Part shown: positions 13,001-25,260 of the stretch, piece after piece
Position numbering within the stretch: position 1 is the first letter of the stretch
How the letters are laid out: each line of letters opens with the position of its first letter
DNA from: Paragordius varius
Taxonomy: Eukaryota; Animalia; Nematomorpha
Length of the DNA: 64,000 nucleotides
Assembly (NCBI GenBank): GCA_964247055.1
Contig: OZ176057.1
Span: 1,550,001 to 1,614,000, forward strand
Direction of reading: 5' to 3'
Made by a program: the position numbers and the translations under genes
Notes under the pieces: model-generated
What the model was told of the DNA's origin: nothing
Databases searched by the model: none
What the model saw: only the letters and a program-made list of their open reading frames with translations

Positions 13001-13471
13001 AACCAAAACATTCGTTTAGGTACATAAACGGTCAAAAACAACACAATTCTAAATTTTTTTATAGAACTGGAACCAAATTCCAAGCAGTCCAAAACTTTCA
13101 TTTACGTGCTATTTAAGATATGATATAGTTTCATTTAGGATTTTCGAGAAAGAATGTGAACATTTATTAAATATATGTGGATTTTTAATTTTTAATCAAT
13201 ATCAAAGTAATGTTATAGGCTACTTTTTTACACTTTTTTTCCATATTTCAACTATATAGTATAGTTTGTGTGGGAAAAATCAAGATTTAATAAGTATATG
13301 GTTGTCTTTTAGAAAAAAAAAGATTTGTCTTTTAGTTTTTCCATTTTATCTTTATATTTTTGACATTTTTAATGCAATAATTATAATGATATCAATACTT
13401 GTAGTTTCAGTAGCAATCGAAGCAATAACACATTGGCACACAAGAATTAATATGATATATTTGATAACCAT
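375..13471 (-). CDS. Micro-exon gene for a secreted/surface Thr/Ser-rich mucin-like glycoprotein (3' part lies beyond window start)
   Basis: 14 exons joined in frame with GT-AG and no stops: 13471-13399, 12961-12908, 10743-10711, 10635-10609, 10071-10045, 9933-9889, 7573-7535, 6601-6569, 5330-5295, 4716-4678, 2384-2346, 1370-1338, 1193-1155, 413-375. Protein MVIKYIILILVCQCVIASIATETTTVPYVEIDDDNYFFNDTSTPHDLHNQTIPDTLVIVVTTATPLNTTTTTVEMSIPSSIMINSLDITHNSTAETTTIPSIPTTTETLSTSTNTTADQTTPTTTHSTTTVESTTTTMQPATTEESTTTTSSTTTEPVTSSTHSTATEAPSTSTTQSTTREEPTT (185 aa). Signal-peptide-like start and five N-x-S/T sequons. Confidence 0.85.
1155..1193 (-). CDS. Mucin-like gene micro-exon 13 (39 nt, STHSTATEAPST)
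   Basis: TGTAG/GTATTA, phase 1-1. Confidence 0.8.
1338..1370 (-). CDS. Mucin-like gene micro-exon 12 (33 nt, TSSTTTEPVT)
   Basis: TTTAG/GTATTT, phase 1-1. Confidence 0.85.
2346..2384 (-). CDS. Mucin-like gene micro-exon 11 (39 nt, TMQPATTEESTT)
   Basis: TTAAG/GTTTAT, phase 1-1. Confidence 0.8.
2429..2738. mobile_element. MITE family C copy with tandemly duplicated left TIR
   Basis: TIR occurs at 2429 and again ~38 nt later. Confidence 0.85.
3650..3954. mobile_element. MITE family A copy
   Basis: CCATTTACAC start, inverted 21-bp arrays. Confidence 0.85.
4678..4716 (-). CDS. Mucin-like gene micro-exon 10 (39 nt, TTHSTTTVESTT)
   Basis: ATTAG/GTTTGA, phase 1-1. Confidence 0.85.
5295..5330 (-). 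CDS. Mucin-like gene micro-exon 9 (36 nt, STNTTADQTTP)
   Basis: ATTAG/GTTTGA, phase 1-1. Confidence 0.8.
6569..6601 (-). CDS. Mucin-like gene micro-exon 8 (33 nt, SIPTTTETLS)
   Basis: TTTAG/GTATAT, phase 1-1. Confidence 0.8.
7535..7573 (-). CDS. Mucin-like gene micro-exon 7 (39 nt, ITHNSTAETTTI)
   Basis: TTTAG/GTAAAT, phase 1-1. Confidence 0.8.
8890..9780 (+). mobile_element. Non-autonomous Helitron of the same family, inside an intron of the micro-exon gene
   Basis: Homologous to 45928-46560; 3' hairpin CTCGGGCTGC-GTA-GCAGCACGAG about 11 nt before GATAG|T (degenerate CTAG|T). Confidence 0.7.
9889..9933 (-). CDS. Mucin-like gene micro-exon 6 (45 nt, VEMSIPSSIMINSL)
   Basis: AATAG/GTATTT, phase 1-1. 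Confidence 0.7.
9990..10041. repeat. (TA)n microsatellite; similar tracts at ~1420-1500, 5372-5392, 15045-15071, 24422-24445, 33168-33214, 42003-42050, 43119-43144, 59760-59806
   Basis: Direct reading. Confidence 0.95.
10045..10071 (-). CDS. Mucin-like gene micro-exon 5 (27 nt, TPLNTTTT)
   Basis: TTTAG/GTATTA, phase 1-1. Confidence 0.8.
10609..10635 (-). CDS. Mucin-like gene micro-exon 4 (27 nt, TLVIVVTT)
   Basis: TTTAG/GTAAAT, phase 1-1. Confidence 0.75.
10711..10743 (-). CDS. Mucin-like gene micro-exon 3 (33 nt, PHDLHNQTIP)
   Basis: TTTAG/GTATGT, phase 1-1. Confidence 0.8.
12908..12961 (-). CDS. Mucin-like gene exon 2 (54 nt, VPYVEIDDDNYFFNDTS)
   Basis: TTTAG acceptor, GTAGAA donor, phase 1-1. 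Confidence 0.8.
13399..13471 (-). CDS. Mucin-like gene exon 1 (signal peptide MVIKYIILILVCQCVIASIATETT)
   Basis: ATG, Lys then hydrophobic core, phase-1 donor GTATTG. Confidence 0.85.
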
Positions 13472-14131
13472 TTTTTATTTTTATTTTTTTTTAAAAAAAT
13501 CAAAAAGAAAAACTGAAATTAATAATTTAGCTTACGCTAAAATGTATTGAATATACAATTCCCATAAAAATATGTAAAGAGGCTAGCTATATTATGTTCT
13601 GTGACCTAACAATAAACCTATATATACATATATATTAAAGGTCAGAAGATATTTTTGGTTTTAGATTATTTTTATTGCGTTTTTATTCAATAAAAATTAT
13701 ATTTAAATTTGTTTGGATTTAATAATATAAATATTTAACCTTATAATATTCATATTAGGTCAAATTACGTTTTGGTAAAAAATTTTCATATAAATAGAAA
13801 AAATCATCAATTTCTTGGTTTCAAAAAATTGGCGGTTAATTCATATAGAACAACTGATCATTTGAAGATAGTTTAAACTTTTTAATCAATTAAGAACAAC
13901 AATCTAATAAAAAAATGTTAATGTGACCATTTAAATATAATTATTAAATATTTTTTTTATAAAATATATCAATTTTTAGGCGTTTTAAAACATAAATAAT
14001 AACAGTTGTGTTTAAAAGCTTTTAATTGTTATTTCTCACATTTAAAGCAAAGGATTAGCCAAGTTGGTGCCTGAGAAATCAAAATTATTTAACACCCGTA
14101 AAAATAATTTAATGTTCCGGCATATATTTAA

Positions 14132-15040
14132 CATTCCATGACTTTTTCGGGTAATCTTATATCCCACAGCGATTTGAAATTGAAATAGCTTAATAAGCAT
14201 TTAAGGTATTAAGCCGAACTTAAAAATATGCTTTTTAATAATAATAAATAAATTTTTTAAAAAAATGTAAAATTGCAAAAAATCCTCATCTCAATCTTTT
14301 TCGCCGCCATTTTTTTCTTTAATTTTTTTAAATCGCTAATGCAACAATCAAAAAAATTATTATGGTTAGAAAATGTTAATTAAGTTTAAAAGCCTCCAGG
14401 TTATGTTTCAGCAAAAACTTGATATATTTTAATTTTTTAGGCAAAATGTTTATTTTTTGGGTAAAAATATTTTTCCACAATATTTACCCCATTATTTTAC
14501 GACTTTATTCAAGGCTTGCCCATTTTGAACGGATCCAATAGCTAAAAACTTTCTGAGCCCACATCTAAAATTTAAAATTTTATAAAAATATTGTTTTGCC
14601 TTTTATATGTAGTCTATGATATATTTTAGTAATATTTTTAAAAACGAAGCCATTCACTAAAAAAATTTTAACAAAATGTGCTCATTTTCATTTTTATATG
14701 AGGCATTCACAAAAATGGTAATAACTTTTTGATATAATTCGTAAGGCTCAAAAGCAAATGTGACCTAAGAACCCTAATTCATCTTTTAATAATTTGTCTA
14801 ATGTGTATATTCTTCCGAATATATTTTATAGAATAATAAAATATATATGTATATTTTTATACCTTTTGAGTTTTATGCAAAAGAAGAGAAATTTAATCCC
14901 TCTCATTAGAATAAAACTTATTGAATTATTTCATAAGTGCATTTTTTATATTCAGTTATTACTAAAACGCTTTTATCTTCATTGATATTTTTATATTCTT
15001 TCGATTCAAATTGGGTATCTAAATGACTCCAGACTATACT

Positions 15041-15074
<34 letters not shown>

Positions 15075-15661
15075 TATAAGCTACTGAAAGAAACTGTTCA
15101 AATATATATTAACGCTTCTATCTTAATAAAAAGCATATAACTTATCTAAATAAAATTTAGTTTTGAAAAAAAAATTCCATATCTTCGACCCATTTTTATT
15201 TTACAATATTTTTGCAAAATATCGTGGTTATTTGATTCACATGAAATAAAGTTACTTTTATTTAGCATAAACATTATAATAAAGAGAAAAAGTGGTTTAT
15301 TTTGCATTATATATATTTAGCTACTGCACACACAAGTTAAGTAAATTTTTACATGGTTTGCTCATAAAAGATCAAGTTTTTTATGTTAATGTTTTTATTT
15401 CAGTGCATTAATGTTATATATATATATATTTATATATATATACAAATTTTGCTATAATTTTAATTTATTCCAATTAGTAAACTGCCGTGGAATCCACAAA
15501 TACCCCAGTGAGAATCTGGGGACTGAAATGAATAGTATCCAAGTTTTAAAAGCTAAGGAAAGCATATTACTAAATTCGGCCTAATACCATAAATCCATTT
15601 TCAAGTATTCAAATTTCAAATCGCTCTGGAATATAAAACTACCCCAAAAGGTCAGGAAATG
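14132..15661. mobile_element. Family D-related TTAA-flanked element (~1.5 kb) containing a decayed family B copy
   Basis: TTAA|CATTCCATGACTTTTTCGGGTAATC ... ACTACCCCAAAAGGTCAGGAAATG|TTAA. Confidence 0.72.
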
Positions 15662-17680
15662 TTAAAATCATTCAATACAATAGGCAAATAAATTTATATA
15701 ATGGTTTGAAAACGTAAAATTTTTGGTAAGCTTTCGATCTTTACCAGCCAATACTCGATATTTCTTAATTGTAAAATTAGCTGCTTCTTTTAATGTTTAG
15801 TTTAAAAGTTACAAAACTATAAAAATTATAACATAAGCTTTTTATCTAATAGAGGCGGAAATGCGAAAAAAATATCAAAAGAAAGATATATTAGAATTTG
15901 GTAGTTTTGGTTTAGGGTTTTATTATTGCTGCACATAAAATACAATGCACTTATAATTTATTTGGGTAGAAAGATCGTCTATCTATACTTTTTATAAATA
16001 AACTATATATTTTTAATAATTTGCCAGGCATGATGATATAGTAGGTAGGGGGCTCGCGTGTTAATTACGCATTTCCCATCATCACAGTCAGCCCTGGCCA
16101 GGCGAGTGTTAAAGTTTTCACTAGTCCGGATACAAGTTATTCATTTACCCATCAAACCAGTGGTTCTCAAAAATGGGGGTGCAGAAAATTGGGGAATTTT
16201 ATTACAAAATTATATTAGAAGCAAATTAAAGGATTTCAGGCGCGAATTATCAAGATTTGTCACCTGTATGGAAAAGATATTTTAAAAAATGCAGATATGA
16301 AGATCTCATTGATTGGGATATTTATGTAATTTTAATATATTTTACATTTTCATCTTGAATTTTATGAGAGGGGGCGCAAGAATTTTTTTTATTAATTCGG
16401 TGCTTAAAAAATGTGGGAACCTCTGCTATTGTATATATATAAAACAAAAAAAATAAAAAAAGAATATTAAAATAATTTTTTTGTCTATGTAATATAAGTC
16501 CTTACCCTTTTGCACTTTGAATCACCCCGGACTATATTTAATACGATACTTTTAAAAAACTAATGAAAGAAACATTACAATGAAATTTTAAGCTCTATCC
16601 TAAAAAAAATTATATAAATAAGCTAAAGTATCCAAATAAAATTTAGTTTTGAAAAAATACCAAACTACCTCAACGCAATTTTTATTAATTAGTTTTACAA
16701 AATATCGTGTTTATTTGATTCTAACGCTAAAATTAAAGCTATTACTTATTTAACATAATATTAATATAAACAGAAAAAGTGGTTTATTTTGCATTAATTT
16801 TATATTTGGCTAATGCTTATATGTCATGTTTAATTTCTTGAGGTTCAAACATAAAATAAAATATCAAGTTTTTGATTTTTTCTGATGAATCATTTTTATA
16901 TTTTCTGCATCAATGTTAAATAGATTGGCATTGCTTTATTTCAAATAGAAATATTTAATTTCAAACAGGCCAAGACCCAAAGTCCCTAATTTGAATCAGA
17001 GTGTAGAGTGAGGACTTAAATTGTATACGGAGGCAAAAAAATAAAAAAAAAATTTTTTTTGTATTCTTTTTTTTATTTTTTTCTAATTTTTAATTTTTTT
17101 ATTATTAAAATTTGAAGTCTCTTTTATAACTGACCTAATTCCGGAAAGGCTTTAACACTCGCCTGTTCAGGGCTGACAGTGATGATGGAAAAATTGCGTA
17201 GTTGCGGGGTTTCGTCGCCCTACCTTTTAGACCATCACACCTCGTAAATGTACCAGCATATATCTTATTAAAAATAGAGTGGAATAACGATCTTTCCACC
17301 TAACTAAATTAATTATCTGTTTTGAAATTTAATGTGCAGCACAAATAGAGACCTAAATCAAAACTACCTAATCCTATTTTTTTTCAGAATTATTTTAACG
17401 GTTTAGATTAAATGACTTTTACATTTTTTTACAGTTTTCTACTTCTAATTAAAATTGGGACAGTTCCAAAACATCATTAGAATAAGTAGCTGATTTTACA
17501 ATCAATATAATCAAGTTTTTGCTGGCACACAAAAAGCTCGAAGTTCATGATTTACATTTTTGTACCACTATATACACTTATTTACCTATTGTATGCACCA
17601 TATTTATATTCCATGATCTGGGGGTAGTTATATATCGTAGAGCGATTTTAAATTTGAATTTAGATTAGGCCAAATTAACG
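15590..17680. repeat. Diverged long inverted repeat (arms ~15590-16150 and ~17130-17680)
   Basis: Reverse-complement matches throughout, e.g. CATCATCAC.GTCAGCCCTG..CAGGCGAGTGTTAAAG, GGTAGTTTTG.TTTAGG, TACAATAGG.AAATAA. Confidence 0.75.
16158..16425. mobile_element. hAT-type MITE
   Basis: CAGTGGTTCTCAA ... TGGGAACCTCTG termini; no matching TSD seen. Confidence 0.55.
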
Positions 17681-19079
17681 CCCATGCTTTTAAATGTTTT
17701 TAAAAAAAATGTAAAATTGAAAAAACATCCTTATATTTTCGCCGCTATTTTTTTCTTTAATTTAATACACCGCTAATACAATAGCCAATAAATGTTTATG
17801 TTTATAAAATTTATATAATTAACTATAGTTACCTTATAGATTGCACTTTACCAGCAAATATTTATTGGTTTTAAAATCGGTTTGCTTGAATCGTGTTTTG
17901 GAGCTGTCACGTTACAACGTAATTAATATATGTTTTTTTAAAAACTTTCAAAATAGTAGCTTAAAAATAGAGTTCTGCAATATAAAGCTACCCCAATATG
18001 TCTTCGCGGACAAAAAGTGAAAAAAGTATTAAACAATTAAAAGAAAAAATATTGCGGGAAAAAGTTTGAGATGTGATTTATGAATGTTAGATCTTTCAAA
18101 AATTTTTTTATAAATCATCATGAAAGAGGAAATCATTTTTTCACATTCGTTCTAATACCATAAATTTTTAAGTTATTTATAATTAAACTACCCAAAAAAG
18201 TCTGAAGTACTAAAGATAAAATAATTATAATCCTGTTTTTTCAAGTTTGGCTATGTTTCCTGTATACTCGGTCCATAATTGGAATATGTTGTTAACACAG
18301 TAACACAGAAAAATATCCTGAAATAATGTATATTTTAGATAGGAATGTATCAGGTATCTCCTGGTACTTCTGATTTTGGAAAAAATATATTTTTGCCGTA
18401 ATTGCTCGATATCGTAAAATAATTGCCCGCTTAATATTTATTTGGTAAAAAATCCTTTATTACAAAAAGTATTATCAAAATGTATGATATGGTAAAAAAG
18501 TCGACTATATTTTTAAAAAAGGTAAATTTTTAGATGCGGGCTCCTTTGCCAATTTTCAGCCATTATGAAATGGGTCAGTTATCTTAAAATAAACGCGAAA
18601 ATTCCGACAGTGCGCGATAATTTTTAAATATATCAAAAATGCATACTTTGATCAGAAAATCAAAATTTTGTAATATTTTTAAAGAATCGTAAAAAATATA
18701 GTTTATATTTAAAACAATGTTAAAGAGAAACGAATTATTTCACTAAAATTCTGAATTATAAAATTTAATAACATCATCAAATTACGCAGTGTTGATAAAT
18801 AAATAACCTGATTTTAATAAAAAAAATATCAGGATTATCATGGTGCTTTTGATTTTGGCCCTTACTAGTGATTTAAGAAAGTTATCCACACTTTCTTCAT
18901 ATAAAAAATGGGTAAACTTGCTCTCATTTTCGAAATTTTTTGAAAACCAAATGCTACATTTCAAAAATATCACTTTATATCATAAATCACCTATAACAAG
19001 CAAAACAATTTTGGATGTCGGCTCCCAAAGGATCAAATTTTTTCGCTCCTTTTAAAATGAACTGGTGCTCTTTAATTAA

Positions 19080-19635
19080 CACTTGGATACATCACATTCG
19101 TTTTAGACCTTTGATTCAAATTAGGGTAGTTTAATACCTCAGGCCTGTTTAAAATAAAATTCTTTAAAAAATATGGAAGGCATCAAAACCATGGCTGCAT
19201 TTATACCAAAATATATAAAAAAATTTAGTCAAAAATACTTGATATTACTTTTTTTAAGCTAAAATAGAAAAGTAAAAATTTAGTCAACGTGACATGTGTG
19301 CAATGGTAAAATTGAAAAATAATACAAAATAAACCGCTTTTTCTATATCTATCAATATTCGGTGTAATTTAAATATAAAATTATCTTTAATTTTACCAAA
19401 ACTAGATGAAAACGATATTTTTCAAAAATTTTCTAAAATAAAAATGGCGTCGAAATAGTTTGACATGGAACATTTTTTCAAAAAAATTTTATTTAGATAT
19501 TTTGGCTTATATATTAAATTTTTAATATTATAGAAACATAAAATTAAATTGGGACCGTTTCCTTCAGTAGTTTTTTTAAAAACCCTGAGTCAAATTTAGT
19601 CTGGAGTATTTAGATACCCCAATTTGAATTGAAGT
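19080..19635 (+). mobile_element. MITE family B copy
   Basis: Co-linear with 23736-24299. Confidence 0.88.
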
Positions 19636-19669
19636 CAAATTACGTGATAAATATTTAATAAAAAAACTT

Positions 19670-21346
19670 TCAATAAACTAAAAAATGTTTTTTAAAGCAT
19701 ACTTTTTTAAAAATTAAATTGTTAGCGCAAAAAAATATATTTATGAAGGCCCTATACTTGATTCCAATGGGATAGAAATTGTTGAAAAACATAATATAAT
19801 TGGAAGCAATATTCCACAGATCTCTACAGTGACTCAAACGTTGCGCATTCTCTCCAAAAAAACATACCCATAGATGAACCACCCATCCTAGAAATTGACC
19901 TCCTTAATGCAATCAAATCCCTTCCTCGTAACAAATCCTTGAAATATGACTACATCCCTATAGAAATACTAAACTACATTAAAATAAAGACACCACTTAC
20001 AGCTTATCAAAAAAAATTTCAATCCGGCATCTGGCAAATCAATTGGTCTAAATCTCTACTTATACCGATTCACAAAAAGGGCAATTCTAAAATATGCACC
20101 AGCTACCGAACAATGCCGCTTATATCGCCATCACAAATATAGTATTAAAATTTTTTATAGATTATTATCCCAAGTTGAGAATAGCATCCAACATCAAGCT
20201 GGTTTTCGTAAGGAAAGAGGCGCAGAAACCGTATCTGCAACCTTAGGTTTATCATGGAAAAATATATTTAACACAACAAACCATTTAATCTCTGTTTTAA
20301 TGATTACACAAAAGCCTTTGACAAACTTATTCACAACACACTATGGGAAGCTTTGGAAAAAATTGGTATAACACCTGGTTTAAATAATAAAATCTTAATA
20401 CAGCAACAATGAGGCATGTATTTAAACAGCACACGGCACCTCTCATTAATTTCCTAAATAGGGGGGCCCATCAAGGGCGCATCCTTTTACCACTATTATT
20501 CAATATCTAACCGAACATATCAGTCGGTTAAATACTCAGAATCATATCCGTGTGAAACTAGGCGGAGAAATAATTAATAACCTTAAATACGCGGACTATA
20601 CCGCCTAACTTGCTATTCACAATAGGATTTAAAACGCCTCCTCGAATACTCCTTAAGAGCCAATCTCATGGCCTCGAAATTAACTTAGCAAAAACCAAAG
20701 GCATATCATATGACGCCACATGCTCAATCAAAATGGGCGAACACTGTATAGAAATACTAGACAACTATATATATTCAGGAGTCGAAATTAATAATAAAAA
20801 ATACAAAACACCTGAAATTAAACGAGGACTAGCCATAGCCAGGGCTAAAGTGAAATCCGCAAGATATGGTATACTACCTAATTAAAAATTTTATCAAAAA
20901 TAGTCCCAATCGAAACCTGTGGCTGTGAAAGCTGGGTATGAAAAAACTCTGACCCAAAAAATTATAAAAGATTTTGAGCACACCTGTTGGAGATTGCTAC
21001 TTGCCAAAAAATGGACCGGCAAACTCAGTAATGAATAGATCCACAATACAATCAACCCTATAACACTACTTCAAATGATAACAAAAGGAGATTAGGCTAC
21101 TTTGGCCACGTCATCCGCAATAACAAATTGGAGAAAACAATCATGCTGGGCCTGGTAGAAGGTAAACGTAAAAGAGGCAGCACCAGAAAAGGATGCTCAA
21201 AACTATTAACAGATGACACCCACCTTACAATCTCCGATCTGATCAATTTATACTTAGACAGATCAGACGACAGAAAATTTGTCCATGAAGTCCAGAAAAA
21301 GTTGAATATTAAGTACGCTGTCATTCATTCCTTCATTCACTTCACT
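19670..21346 (+). mobile_element. 5'-truncated, decayed RTE-clade non-LTR retrotransposon (RT region)
   Basis: Broken frames give WSKSLLIPIHKKGNSKICTSYR, QAGFRKERG, DYTKAFDK, YADYT, RLGYFGHVIR, LEKTIMLGLVEGKRKRG; ends in a CATT/CTT short-repeat tail at 21322-21346; many stops and frameshifts. Confidence 0.9.
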
Positions 21347-23188
21347 AGTTTAACGCATGATAGAAACGGTATAAAAACGCTTTAAGATTTGATAAAAAGA
21401 CTTTTTTAATATAATTTGATGATGCTTAACTATCACCTCAGAAATTCGATTAAAATATTCTTTTGACTTCAAAATTATGATAAATAAGTTTTTTTAGCGA
21501 AATTAAGCAAAATTTTCAAGTTTACCTTTAAATTTAAATCCTTAAGGGAAAATATTCAGTAGTATTAAATTATATAAAAAAGGTCTTTTAATATTATCTA
21601 AAAACAATTTTATACCGTTTCCATGGCTCAAAATAGTATGAAGTATGCCTCACAACATTATGCGAAAAATTAATTTTTTTTAAAGTAGACATTAAATAAA
21701 ATATTTTTTTTCAGAATTCAACCTATATTCAAAATTATTATAGGCAATTCCGGCATTTTTGCTTTAATTTAAGAGGAATTAGCCTATTCTAGGAGAGCCA
21801 AAAGGTATGAGACTTTCGGAGCCCACATCTAAATATTTAAATTAAAAATATTGCTTTTCTATTTATTGGTAGCTCATAATATATTTTAGTGATATTTTTT
21901 GGAAGGTAAGATTTAGCTTTGACCAAAAAAATATTAAGAAAAGGTGGGCAATATCTACTATTATCTGATATGGAACACTTAAAGCAAAAGTTAAATAATT
22001 TTCTTATATCACTATATATATTTCGTGAGGGATTTTTTTATACCCCAGATTTTGAAAGCAGGAAAATTTGCACTTATTTTTTAAATAAACATTTTTGGTG
22101 AACAAATGCTTCATTCTAAATATTATTATTAAAATTTGTTGTAACTACATGTAAAAAGCAAAAAAATATTCTAAAATTTTTTCAATGTGGAGTCAAATTT
22201 TTCGCTCCTTAAAAATTTGCTGGTTCTCTTAAAATAAACACAAAAATGCCAGGATTCCGCGAATTTTTTTACATACATGGTAGTTATTGTTGCCCAACAG
22301 GCGGTTCCGGAGCCATTTGCTGCGCTTTAATAATTTTGAGTAGCTCTAAAAATAAAAAAAAATCGCAAAATGTTTAATCTTTTAAAGGCATGTAAAATTT
22401 TAACTTTTATTTTTTTATTTTTTATTATTTTCATCACATTCATAATCATTTATTTTGTTAACAATCTAAATAATCTTTAAAATACTTGCCACTAGTAAAC
22501 TTTTTTTGATAACTATTTATTACCATATTTCTGAAAACCCCAGTTCTATTTTTATGAAAGCAATACCCATATTATTGGAGTTATAAACTATGCATTAGAA
22601 AATATTTGGATATGGTAAATGTTTTTTTATTTAATGAAAGAGCCGATTCTGGAAACCATATTCTTATTTTTAATATTGCTAACCCCTATTATTTGAGTTA
22701 CCTATTCGAAAATTATATAATTGGTAAACTTTTTTGATATCCTTTGGGGTATTATAGTTATTTTTGATATATTAATTTTTGCGGAACTTACTAATATATG
22801 GATACCTTGGTGCGAATGTCAGATATAAACTACATGCATAGATCATTTCGAATTGCATTTATTGTTATATTCTATATTGTTTCTTATTATAATTTAACAG
22901 CAAATTTAGCAATATTATAATATTTTTACTAGTTATTTTGTTATTCATATAAAAATTAAATCTATATATGTCTATATAATAAATTTATTTGATTTATGTC
23001 TTGATATATCAATTTAAATGTGGCTCTTCGCATCTTTGAGGTTAAAAATGTGGTTCTACAAGCCATTTGTTTTGGACACCCCTGTGCTGGATTATAGATA
23101 GCGTCAAAAAATATATTTTTAAAGCATATATTTCAAATTTAATATTTCCAAATTTTTGCTGAAGCAAACTTCATTCTATATTTAGGCT

Positions 23189-23445
23189 TGATAGAAACGG
23201 TATAAAAACGCTTTATGACATTACTTAAACATTCTTTGTATATAAACGATACTCTAAATTTGCCACCTCAGAGTTTTCATTTAAGGTTCGTTTGTAAAAT
23301 TTTGGTAATTTTTGTAAAAATTACAATTTATGCTCAACATAAATTTGAAAGAAACAAGTTTTTAATTTAAAGTGCCGAAATGGTCAGGATTGAATAGAGA
23401 AAGTTTTTAATAATGATTCAAAGCGTTTTTATACCGTTTCTATCA
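23189..23445. mobile_element. MITE with TIR TGATAGAAACGGTATAAAAACGCTTT; second copy ~21358-21624
   Basis: 26-bp inverted repeat; shared downstream CTCAAAATAGTAT flank in both copies. Confidence 0.75.
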
Positions 23446-23735
23446 TACCTCAAAATAGTATAAAGTACTCTTTAAGAAAATTTTTAAATATATCAATTTG
23501 AAAAAAGTATATGGAACATATTTTTATGCTATAATCCAGATATTTAAATCTTTTATCTTGCCCGGCTTTTTTGTTTGTTATAGGCCAATGAGTTCATTTT
23601 TAAAAGGCGAAAAATTTGGAATTATCAAACCTCACTTATAAAAAATTTTTTGGGTTTTGCTTCTTTTATATGTAATTATATGTTTCAATAATATTTAAAT
23701 GAAATATTATTAGCTTTAACCTAAATTATATTTAA

Positions 23736-24299
23736 CACTTGGATACAACAGATTCATTTTAGTCCTTCGATTCAAATTGGGGTAGTTAATACCCCAGGCC
23801 TGTTTAAAATTAAATTCTTTAAAAAATATGGAAGGAATCGAAACCATGGCAAAATTTTGCACCTGTAAAACATTAATAAACCGAAATAAAATCTTTATTC
23901 AAAAATACTTGATATTAGTTATTTTAAGCTGAAACCGTAAGGTAAAAATTTAGTCAACGTGACATATGTATGATAGAATTAAAATATAATACAAAATAAA
24001 CCGTTTTTTTTATTTCTATCAATTTTAGATGTAATTTAAATAAAAAATTAGCTTTGATTTCACCCTTAAAATTAAATGAAGACAATATTTCGCAAAAATT
24101 TTTCAAAATAAAGATGGCGTCCAAGTAGTTTGATATGGAAATTTTTTCAAAACAAAATTTTATTTAGATATTTTGGTATATATATATAATTTTTATTAGA
24201 ATAGAAGCATAAATTTAAATTGGGACCGTTTCCTTCAGTAGTTTTTTAAAAAACGCAAATTTAGTATGGGGTATTTAGACCCCAATTTGAATCGAAGTG
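23736..24299 (+). mobile_element. MITE family B (~560-580 bp, TTAA target, CACTT..AAGTG ends; piggyBac-like), representative copy
   Basis: TTAA|CACTTGGATAC ... ATCGAAGTG|TTAA. Other copies at 19080-19635, 27692-28268, 39222-39801, 53214-53783, 56439-56943; decayed at ~15000-15440, ~16510-17000, ~54941-55420. Confidence 0.9.
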
Positions 24300-25260
24300 T
24301 TAAAAAATGCGAATTTCGATATTTTTTGATATATAGCACTTACCACAAGAGTTTGACTTTCTTCAATCACTCGTAAGGCCAAAAAGCACCACAATAATCC
24401 TAATACATTTTCCTATCAGAATATATATATATATATATATATATATCATCAGGTTAATTTTATATACCCCGGATTTTGAAATGAGTTTCATGCAGAAAAA
24501 GTATTTTAATACGTATCCCACCATTTAATTACTACTTTTAAGCAAAAAATTCATTTTCGCTTTATGATATCAAAATTTAAGTATAAAAATTTTCAAAAAT
24601 CTCTGCCCTTTTGCCTTTATACTAAGAAAACTGTTTATTTCCCAAGGGTATTAAATTGCAGACTATCCACATCTAAAAATAAAAATTTAATATTTTGTTT
24701 TTTTGAACAAGTCTTTAGCTTTCTCCAAAAATCGCTAAGCAAGATGCTCTAATTTATCATTTTCTGTTGAGCACTAACCAAAGTATGTATAACTAACTTA
24801 TATCACCCCTAAAGCCAAAATTAAAACCAGCATGATAATCCTGATACATTTTTCTAACTGTACATATTAATGTAGATATTTTTTCGTGAACATTGTATTA
24901 AATTATCTTTTCCTTAAAAAATAATTGAAATATCTCGTATAAATGACAAAACTAACATTTCAATATATCATAATATAAAGTATCAGTGGACTTACCCTTT
25001 AACATTAGACCCATCGGTTTTTTAAATTTGAAAAACCACTATAAAAACATACCTTTGACCCTATCAGAATAAAGATTGCAATCGATATCTATAGAAAAAA
25101 ATGAAAAAATCTCATAACATTTAAAGATAAAATTATGCGAAGTTTTGACAGTACAAAATCATCATCGGAACGAAATAAAATCGATAACGGTAAATTATAT
25201 CAATTGATGTCCTCGGAAGATAACAGTAGTGCCACAAATATTTAAGTAACACAAAATCCC

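Noticed and set aside
13266-13550. 94-aa hydrophobic plus-strand ORF
   Set aside because: TTG start, partly a MITE-C fragment, and antisense to exon 1 of the micro-exon gene.
16046-16130. tRNA or SINE head in the GC-rich island
   Set aside because: No cloverleaf and no recognisable A/B boxes.
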